From contig JBMNFG010000010.1 in assembly GCA_050949175.1 (NCBI GenBank), positions 222,186 to 286,185 of the forward strand: a DNA stretch of 64,000 nt, read 5' to 3'. This DNA comes from Bacillota bacterium. Lineage in GTDB: Bacteria; Bacillota; SHA-98; UBA4971. Made by a program: the position numbers and the translations under genes. Numbering within the stretch: the stretch's first letter is position 1; every line of letters begins with the position of its first letter. The notes beneath the pieces were generated by a model, which was not told where the DNA came from, made no database searches, and saw nothing but the letters and a program-made list of their open reading frames with translations. Below are positions 57,287 through 64,000 of this stretch, piece by piece.

Positions 57287-58874
57287 TCTTCTCGCCTCTT
57301 TCCCCGGTCAATCTAAGCAATGCCTCCGGGACGCTTCCCAGGATGTCCGTGGCTGTCATACCCATCTCGCCATATCTGGAAGACGCAATGTCTCCGGCCA
57401 GTCCGTGCACATAAACACCTAATACAGACGCTTCCAGGGGCCTTATTCCTTGGGCAAGGAGACCTGCAATAATCCCTGTAAGCACATCTCCGCTTCCCGC
57501 TGTCGCCATTCCCGAGTTTCCAGTTGTGTTAATATAGGCGACTCCTGACGGGTCAGCGATTATCGTGCGAGCACCTTTCAGGACCACGATCTTTCCCCAC
57601 TGAGCCGCAACCCTAAGAGCTATGTTAAGCCTGTCCAGTTTAATCTCTTGTACAGAAAGGCCTGTAAGTCTTGCCATCTCGCCGGGATGTGGAGTAAGTA
57701 CAATCGGGGCTTTCGCAGCTTTCAGTGTGCCGGGATCCTGGGCAATAGCATTTATCCCGTCTGCATCTACCACTGTTGGAACAGATGTAGTCATTACCAT
57801 ATTCCTAACCAACTGAGCAGTCTCACTGTGAGTGGACAATCCAGGCCCAATAGCCAATGCGCCTGCACCGCGGGTAATGCCATCGAGAAGAGGCTGGGCT
57901 TGCAGGCTTATACTCCCGGATTCAGTTTCAGGGAGGCCACGGGTCATAACCTCAGTCAGTTTTGAATTCATAACACTATGTAGACTGATAGGCACACCGA
58001 GGATTACAACTCCCGCGCCTGACTTCAGCGCTGCATTGCCGGTAAGAGCTGCAGCTCCTGACATATTCGATGACCCGGCAATCACCAGGACCTTCCCGAA
58101 CGTACCTTTATGAGAGTCCCGGGTCCTGACAGGAATCCAAGTCCTGATCTCATCAGCAGTGGACAGATTTAACTTAAACGCCTCATCCACCAGGAGAGAT
58201 CTGGGTATTCCGATATCAGCGACGATTAATTCACCGACGTAAGCTGCACCGGGATAAAGGAGCAGCCCTACTTTGGGAAGGCCGAAAGTCACTGTATGAG
58301 TAGCTTTGACACAGCTTGAACTCACCTTGCCTGTTGTGGAATCTAATCCGGAAGGAACATCAACTGCTACAACAGGCCTGCCTGACTCGTTAATGGTGTC
58401 CAGAACACGGCAGACATATCCTTCAACCTCTCCCTTAAACCCTGTGCCGAAAACAGCGTCAACTATCAAGTCGGACATGGACATCGCAACCCTTGCAGTC
58501 GGAAGCCCGTCTCGGCTTAGTTCTTCTACGTCCATTCCCATACCTTGAAGGATATCTAAATTGATCTTGGCATCGCCTTGAACCTGGCCTTTCTCGCCCA
58601 GGAGAAAAGTCTTCACTCTGAACCCTGAGTTTGCAAGGTGCCTTGCGATGACAAAACCGTCTCCTCCGTTATTCCCCTTACCCGCAAATATGCATACACG
58701 CGGGTTTTCTAGATGCCGAAGAAGATCCTTAATCGTTTCAGATACAGCCCGGCCTGCATTCTCCATGAGAACGACACCGGGAATGCCCACTACTTCAATG
58801 GCACGCCTGTCTATCTCCCGCATTTCATCGGCAGTTACAATCTTCAAACTTTCCACCTCCGACTGCGACTGCAA
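57249..58874 (-). CDS. nnr: bifunctional NAD(P)H-hydrate epimerase / ADP-dependent dehydratase
   Basis: 541 aa. YjeF N-domain (GKGNNGGDG) plus a carbohydrate-kinase C-domain (GSGDVLTG). Confidence 0.92.
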   Translation of the reverse strand: MQSQSEVESLKIVTADEMREIDRRAIEVVGIPGVVLMENAGRAVSETIKDLLRHLENPRVCIFAGKGNNGGDGFVIARHLANSGFRVKTFLLGEKGQVQGDAKINLDILQGMGMDVEELSRDGLPTARVAMSMSDLIVDAVFGTGFKGEVEGYVCRVLDTINESGRPVVAVDVPSGLDSTTGKVSSSCVKATHTVTFGLPKVGLLLYPGAAYVGELIVADIGIPRSLLVDEAFKLNLSTADEIRTWIPVRTRDSHKGTFGKVLVIAGSSNMSGAAALTGNAALKSGAGVVILGVPISLHSVMNSKLTEVMTRGLPETESGSISLQAQPLLDGITRGAGALAIGPGLSTHSETAQLVRNMVMTTSVPTVVDADGINAIAQDPGTLKAAKAPIVLTPHPGEMARLTGLSVQEIKLDRLNIALRVAAQWGKIVVLKGARTIIADPSGVAYINTTGNSGMATAGSGDVLTGIIAGLLAQGIRPLEASVLGVYVHGLAGDIASSRYGEMGMTATDILGSVPEALLRLTGERGEKNAGCPERQANHS

Positions 58875-59250
58875 AAGCTACAGCAAGGGTATCTGTGTGC
58901 GATATGCTTATCAAAACAGTGCTTACACCCAGTTCCCTGGCAAGGGTTTCCGCTCTGCCGGACAACTGCACATAAGGCTTTCCGGAAGGTTCTTTTCTAA
59001 TCTCGATTTCATTCCACCCGATTCCCGATATTCCTTGTCCAAGAGCCTTTGACACAGCCTCCTTGGCAGCAAACCTCCCAGCCAGCTTCTCATAGTGTCC
59101 CCCTTTTCCGGCATCCATCTCGATATCTGTAAACACCCGCCCGTGGAGCCTATCCCCTTTACGCTCCATCAGCCGGCGGATTCTGCTGACTTCGATAACG
59201 TCAACTCCGATACCGATTATTTGCCAACCTGAGCAGGCCAAAGGCAACAT
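58825..59250 (-). CDS. acpS: holo-[acyl-carrier-protein] synthase
   Basis: IIGIGVDVIEVSRI, FAAKEAVSKALG and ISISHTDTLAVA motifs. The exact start is uncertain. Confidence 0.9.
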   Translation of the reverse strand: MLPLACSGWQIIGIGVDVIEVSRIRRLMERKGDRLHGRVFTDIEMDAGKGGHYEKLAGRFAAKEAVSKALGQGISGIGWNEIEIRKEPSGKPYVQLSGRAETLARELGVSTVLISISHTDTLAVAFAVAVGGGKFEDCNCR

Positions 59251-60621
59251 CTATCCCAACTCTTTCTCTATGATACTGGCTACCTTAGAGACAACCTCTC
59301 TTACCATGGATTCATCAGGCCCTTCGCCGAGGACTCTGATTAATGACTCTGTCCCTGACGGCCGTACGAAGATCCGTCCGTCTTCACCCATGGTTTCTTT
59401 TGCCCATTCAATTACCTCATTTATTACAGAGCTGGAAAACAAGCCTTCCTTGTCTCGGACATTGACGTTCACCAAGACTTGCGGGTACACATCCATGCAC
59501 GAAGCCAGTTCAGACAGGCTCGCGCCTGTCCTCTTAAGAACCGAAAGGAGGGCAAGGGCTGTGATCAGCCCGTCACCTGTGGTATTGCGATCCAAGAAAA
59601 TTATATGCCCTGACTGTTCGCCGCCGAGGATGACGCCTTGTTTCCTCATCTCTTCCAGGACATATCTGTCTCCGTTCTTGGTGATTACAACATTGCCGCC
59701 TTCACGGGCAAAGGTCTTTGATAATCCTAAGTTGCTGTACACAGTAGCAACAATAGAGTCTTTCGGAAGCATTCCGCGCCTTAACAGATCCAAACCGCAG
59801 ATGGCCATAATATGATCACCGTCAACGAGATTGCCCTTCTCATCCACTGCAATCAACCTGTCAGCATCTCCGTCATGGGCAAGCCCTACATCGGCATGGA
59901 CTTCCACGACGGTTTTAGCGAGGGTTTCAGGGCAAGTGGAACCACATCCGGCGTTAATATTACGGCCGTCAGGCTCATTGTGAATCGCTGTCACAGAGGC
60001 TCCAAGGTCCTCCAGCAGTCGCGGAGTATACCGCGAGGCAGCACCGTTTGCACAGTCTACAACTACCTTCAATCCTTCCAGTCCGACATCAAGTGTGCTC
60101 TTTGCGTACTCCAGATATCTTTCTCCGGCATGGTGCGACCTTGAAACCTTTCCGACACTGTCCCCTACCGGCCTTGAAAACGCGTCATTCAGATTCAGAG
60201 ACAGCTGCCCTCGCTCATCAAATATGATATGTTCCTCTATTTCCAGCTCCTCTTCGTCTGACAGTTTGAACCCGTCAGCTGAGATGAACTTTATTCCGTT
60301 ATACTCCATGGGGTTGTGAGATGCTGAAACAATGATACCTGCATCAGCAGAGAGGTCTCGTACAAGAAACGCCACTCCGGGAGTGGGGATCACACCGACA
60401 TCCAACGCATGGCCGCCAACTGACGCAATCCCTGCCATCACTGCTGCTCCCAGCATGTCACCTGAGAGTCGTGTATCCCGTCCTACGATAACCTTAGGCG
60501 GCCTGCCGAATTTCTGTCCAATAACCCCTGCTCCGACACGCCCCAAGACAAAAGCTAACTCAGGGGAGAGGAAAGTGTTAGCAATCCCTCGAACCCCATC
60601 CGTCCCGAACAACCTCGCCAT
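59251..60621 (-). CDS. glmM: phosphoglucosamine mutase
   Basis: MARLFGTDGVRG, the active-site motif SASHNP and GGEQSGH. Confidence 0.97.
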   Translation of the reverse strand: MARLFGTDGVRGIANTFLSPELAFVLGRVGAGVIGQKFGRPPKVIVGRDTRLSGDMLGAAVMAGIASVGGHALDVGVIPTPGVAFLVRDLSADAGIIVSASHNPMEYNGIKFISADGFKLSDEEELEIEEHIIFDERGQLSLNLNDAFSRPVGDSVGKVSRSHHAGERYLEYAKSTLDVGLEGLKVVVDCANGAASRYTPRLLEDLGASVTAIHNEPDGRNINAGCGSTCPETLAKTVVEVHADVGLAHDGDADRLIAVDEKGNLVDGDHIMAICGLDLLRRGMLPKDSIVATVYSNLGLSKTFAREGGNVVITKNGDRYVLEEMRKQGVILGGEQSGHIIFLDRNTTGDGLITALALLSVLKRTGASLSELASCMDVYPQVLVNVNVRDKEGLFSSSVINEVIEWAKETMGEDGRIFVRPSGTESLIRVLGEGPDESMVREVVSKVASIIEKELG

Positions 60622-60671
60622 AACCCGTTCCTCCTGATGAATATGAGAATCTTAGGAGATCAATCGCATGT

Positions 60672-61418
60672 CTAGTTAAGAAGTGGTGCTAAGTCAGTAT
60701 CGGAAGCTTCCGGCTCCTGGCCTCCGTCCAACTCCTCCCCGTCAAATGGGAGGACCGGCATCTTACGGACAGGCACAAACATGCGGATGGTTTGAGGCTG
60801 TATGCTCAAATCTGACACAAGATTGCCTGCCGCGTCAAGCGGGATCACCTTCACGCTCTTGGAAATGGCAGATGTAACCCCTGAGACGTCAATGTGAGCC
60901 ACAACTTCCCGAATCGACTCAACCTGGCTTCTCGGCCCGATAATAGTAACAGAGCTCGGCCATAGTTCCGGCTCAAGCAGAATATTACTTTCTCCCGGAT
61001 ACCCGACTATCCCAGGCCGTACCTGGAAATCTTCACTGACGATAGCATCTACCTTTACCCCTATTGACGAGGGCGTAACGTCAAGCACCTGGATCCCTTC
61101 AGGCGCTGTTACCTGCACCCTTACAGCATATTCTCCTTCGCCCCGTCCGTCCACAGACACATAAGCCCGCACCTTCGAACCATCCAACGGCTCCACAAGA
61201 TATTTAGCGCCACGCAGTCGTACCTCCACATCTCTTGGCCTTGTTTCAACTGTGAAGTCCGGTGGCAAGCCGTCTACCTCGACATTTGTGGTAATGAAGC
61301 GTTCTACGGTGTCAACCTGGGTTCGGCTGATCTCTGCACCTGCCACAAACCAAATAACTATGGCTAACAAGACAGCCACGATTTTGAGATAGAGCTCCCT
61401 GGGGACCCGCATCTTCAC
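60672..61418 (-). CDS. cdaR: YbbR-domain protein CdaR (regulator of diadenylate cyclase)
   Basis: N-terminal TM helix and repeated YbbR beta domains in conserved cdaA-cdaR-glmM order. GTG at 61418 (GTGA overlap with the cdaA stop, SD AAGGGGG 8 nt upstream) is preferred over TTG 61439 or ATG 61412. Confidence 0.85.
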   Translation of the reverse strand: MKMRVPRELYLKIVAVLLAIVIWFVAGAEISRTQVDTVERFITTNVEVDGLPPDFTVETRPRDVEVRLRGAKYLVEPLDGSKVRAYVSVDGRGEGEYAVRVQVTAPEGIQVLDVTPSSIGVKVDAIVSEDFQVRPGIVGYPGESNILLEPELWPSSVTIIGPRSQVESIREVVAHIDVSGVTSAISKSVKVIPLDAAGNLVSDLSIQPQTIRMFVPVRKMPVLPFDGEELDGGQEPEASDTDLAPLLN

Positions 61419-62266
61419 ATGACATGCCCCCTTAGCCAAGCAGGAATGCTCTGCCGCAGCCTGTTCCCGTACAGCAATTCTACGAGTTTCTCCCTGAGAG
61501 TGCCTTCATCAAGATAGCGCATTAGCTTTCCGCTGGTTGCCATGGAGATAACTCCGGTTTCTTCCGATACCACAATGGACACTGCATCAGACTGCTCTGA
61601 CAAGCCCAGAGCTGCACGATGCCTGGTTCCAAGTCTCCTGCTGATATTCTGGTTTTCAGAGAGGGGAAGATAACAACCTGCAGCCATTATTCTGTTGCCG
61701 CGGATTATCACGGCACCGTCATGCAACGGGGAGTTAGGCATGAAAATGTTCAACAAAAGCTCTGTTGAAACCACAGCATCGATTCGCGTTCCTGTCTCCA
61801 TTAACTCTGCAATGCCTGTGTCTCGTTCAATAACGATAAGGGCTCCAATCTTATCTCTTGCCAGGAGTGTCGTTGCTTTGGCCACGTTAGAAATCATAGC
61901 CAATATGTCCTCTTTCTCCAGCAAGCCCAGGGGTCCGGTAAACATCCCTCCCCTGCCTATTTGCTCAAGAGCTCTCCGGAGTTCAGGCAAGAACACGATG
62001 GGCAAGGCGACAAACAGCATGGTGATTGTCTTTTGCAAGAGCCAGTTTACTGTGCGCAGCTCCAGCAAATCACTGAGCATTGTGGAGATAAAAATGACAG
62101 CGATACCCTTGAGGAGAGATACAGCCCTTGTTCCCCTGATGATGCCCAGAAGCTTATAGATGACATAAGCCACAATAAGAATATCGATTATTGAGCGCAC
62201 TGCATTCGTAGCGTTTACCCTTGCCAGACTCTCCGTAAGCCTGGCTAACGTGAAGTCAAACGACAT
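61415..62266 (-). CDS. cdaA: diadenylate cyclase CdaA
   Basis: Three N-terminal TM helices. DAC domain with DGAVII and GTRHRAALG motifs. Confidence 0.95.
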   Translation of the reverse strand: MSFDFTLARLTESLARVNATNAVRSIIDILIVAYVIYKLLGIIRGTRAVSLLKGIAVIFISTMLSDLLELRTVNWLLQKTITMLFVALPIVFLPELRRALEQIGRGGMFTGPLGLLEKEDILAMISNVAKATTLLARDKIGALIVIERDTGIAELMETGTRIDAVVSTELLLNIFMPNSPLHDGAVIIRGNRIMAAGCYLPLSENQNISRRLGTRHRAALGLSEQSDAVSIVVSEETGVISMATSGKLMRYLDEGTLREKLVELLYGNRLRQSIPAWLRGHVM

Positions 62267-62313
62267 CTGCCTCCCCCTTGGCTCCCCATGGATACAGCCT
62301 CTATCACAAATAT

Positions 62314-62342
62314 ATACTATACATTAATAGAACCCGATGCAA
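62314..62342 (-). promoter_or_regulatory. sigma-A promoter candidate for cdaA-cdaR-glmM
   Basis: On the minus strand, TTGCAT (62342-62337), 17-nt spacer, TAGTAT (62319-62314). Confidence 0.4.
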
Positions 62343-62392
62343 GGCTGATAGATCATTATTAGCCAGACAAACCCCTGATTCAGGCTAAGATC

Positions 62393-63601
62393 TCAGGCTC
62401 CAAATTTGCCCAGCTTCAGCCCATGGGCAAGTGCCAGCGGCATGGTGCCAAGTGAAGGAAAGACCCCGAGGTCCCCTTTTGCGCATGCAGCTTCACTGAA
62501 TTCCTCAACCCGTAGCGGCCTCACCCACTCGGAATGAATAAGGAACGGAACCGGATGCCAGCTGTGTGCCTTCATCTTTGCAGGAGTTGAATGGTCGCCT
62601 GTTACGATGAGCACGTCAGGCTTAAGGCCTAGTATTGACGGAAGGAGGGCGTCAAACTCCTCGATCACTTCGACTTTCCGCTTGAAATCGCCGTCTTCTC
62701 CTGAGCTGTCTGTGTCTTTTACATGGAGGTAGAAGAAATCGTAATTGTCGAATTGAGCCTGAAGCGTTTCCACCTCATCTTTGAGGCTTGGCCCTGTTTC
62801 AAGAATCTCCATACCCACCAGCCTCGCAAGGCCGCGGTACATGGGATAGCCTGATATAGCTGCAGGGGTCAATTTGAACACTTGAGACATACCGGGTATG
62901 TCAGGAAGGCCGGCAAAACCGCGGAGCAAAACCATGTTTGCAGGATATTCATTCTTCAGTACTTCTCTGACTTTTTCAAGCCATTGATTAACAAGGTTTG
63001 CAGTGTAAGCTGCGTCAGGTGTCCGCGGAGCCGCATCTTTAGGCTTTTCACCGACATGCTGGGGGTCTGTGTCATAAAGCTCGCCGGACAGGCCTTGTCC
63101 GCGGAATAGCGCGACAAAACGGTGGAACTTTCCTGATTCAAGGATCACTTCTACTCCTTCAACATTTATAGAGCGGAGCATTTCCACAAGACGTCGATTC
63201 TCTTCAGTTGGAATCCTCCCTGCACGTCTGTCAGTGATGACCCCGGAAGAGTCATCCACTGTGCAGAAGTTCCCTCGGGCTGCAACGTCAGAGGGCTGTA
63301 GCTCCAGCCCGACCCCAAGAGCTTCCAAAACCCCTCTGCCTATGTCATACCGGAGCGGGTCATATCCGAATAAAGCGAGATGGCTGGGCCCGCTTCCCGG
63401 TGTAATGCCAAGAGCAACAGGTTCAACTAAACCGCAACTGGAAACAGCCGCCAGTCTATCCAAATTCGGTATGTTTGCCTCTTCCAAAGCAGTTCTGCCA
63501 ACGCAGGGATGAGGCAGCCCTCCTATTCCGTCCACAACTACCAGGATAATTTTGGTTTCGGTTTTTTGACTGAGACTTGATACAAGTTCAATGTTGACCA
63601 C
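62393..63601 (-). CDS. apgM: cofactor-independent phosphoglycerate mutase, archaeal ApgM type
   Basis: 402 aa of the alkaline-phosphatase superfamily with VVVDGIGG and TGDHSTP motifs. Confidence 0.85.
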   Translation of the reverse strand: MVNIELVSSLSQKTETKIILVVVDGIGGLPHPCVGRTALEEANIPNLDRLAAVSSCGLVEPVALGITPGSGPSHLALFGYDPLRYDIGRGVLEALGVGLELQPSDVAARGNFCTVDDSSGVITDRRAGRIPTEENRRLVEMLRSINVEGVEVILESGKFHRFVALFRGQGLSGELYDTDPQHVGEKPKDAAPRTPDAAYTANLVNQWLEKVREVLKNEYPANMVLLRGFAGLPDIPGMSQVFKLTPAAISGYPMYRGLARLVGMEILETGPSLKDEVETLQAQFDNYDFFYLHVKDTDSSGEDGDFKRKVEVIEEFDALLPSILGLKPDVLIVTGDHSTPAKMKAHSWHPVPFLIHSEWVRPLRVEEFSEAACAKGDLGVFPSLGTMPLALAHGLKLGKFGA

Positions 63602-63751
63602 GTTGCTGATGCCTCCTCCTGTGATGCGTGAAACACTCTTAACTTAGACGTAATTCGTCATGCCCTTACATTATCCTCTCCACAGTCAGGGAAAGGGCAT
63701 ACTACAATTAAACGATCCAGGTCACAGAGGCGGATTGACCGGCAGAAAGCG

Positions 63752-64000
63752 GTGGTAGATCTGGAAAACGGCTCGAGGGAGACTGGAAACCGCCGAAATA
63801 GACAAAGCATCATCCGTTCGTGGCGATGGTGGCTGGTTTTTGTCATCTTTTTGGTCCCTGTAGTTGCAGTGCTAGCCGAGATCCGACCTGTCCCTTTGAT
63901 AATAGGCGGAAGCGTCTTCTACGACACAAACGGTGTAGTCATTGCGTCAACAGCAGCACCAGACAGGATTGACATACGCCTTTCTGATATGTCCCCCTAC
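63752..64000 (+). CDS. N-terminus of a class A penicillin-binding protein (transglycosylase start), open at the window edge; not in the supplied ORF track
   Basis: The frame is open from 63632 to 64000. Translation: basic cytoplasmic stretch, TM helix WRWWLVFVIFLVPVVAVLA, then IIGGSVFYDTNGVVIAS...RIDIRLSDMSPY, typical of PBP1A entry into the GT51 domain. The GTG 63752 start is a guess. Confidence 0.5.
   Translation, partial: MVDLENGSRETGNRRNRQSIIRSWRWWLVFVIFLVPVVAVLAEIRPVPLIIGGSVFYDTNGVVIASTAAPDRIDIRLSDMSPY

Noticed and set aside
63658-63846. 62-aa minus-strand ORF between apgM and the PBP gene
   Set aside because: It has no RBS, its composition is Arg/Cys-rich, and it overlaps the better-supported plus-strand PBP N-terminus.

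Overview
Chromosomal segment of an anaerobic, endospore-forming Firmicute-type bacterium, roughly 50% GC by eye, with almost all genes on the minus strand. (1) 1-15.4 kb is housekeeping: a frameshifted hbd, then pnp-rpsO-ribF-truB-nrnA-rbfA-DUF503-infB-ylxR-nusA-rimP, and a stand-alone second EF-G. (2) 15.4-19.7 kb is an accessory locus. It holds three paralogous small proteins with a shared N-terminal helical module and unrelated C-termini, two glycosyltransferases and a DUF3794 protein. I read it as a spore-surface glycoprotein system. (3) 19.8-29.0 kb carries a COG2403 GTPase-like gene, lonA, lonB, clpX, clpP and tig. (4) 29.0-33.3 kb is a decaying region. It contains an orphan Moco riboswitch plus terminator on the plus strand, a 119-nt rod-like hairpin, a frameshifted fdhD, mobA, remnants of methanopterin-type cofactor genes and tRNA-His. 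The remnants are a CitG-like gene with an in-frame TAG and a beta-RFAP-synthase/ATP-grasp deletion fusion. (5) 33.3-54.4 kb is a 21-kb co-directional island. It encodes a three-subunit xanthine-dehydrogenase-family molybdoenzyme, an NCS2 nucleobase permease, PucR, DUF2877/FdrA/DUF1116, a cyclase-family hydrolase and an M42 peptidase. These run without a visible terminator into a complete biotin-dependent, Na+-pumping (Malonomonas mad-type) malonate decarboxylase cluster. My main hypothesis is an anaerobic oxidative pyrimidine route (uracil, barbiturate, N-malonylurea, malonate, acetate). (6) 54.7-64 kb is housekeeping again: lpdA, alr, nnr, acpS, glmM, cdaR, cdaA, apgM and the start of a class A PBP. 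No CRISPR array, rRNA, transposase or integrase was seen. All homology calls rest on motifs I recognise by eye, not on database searches.
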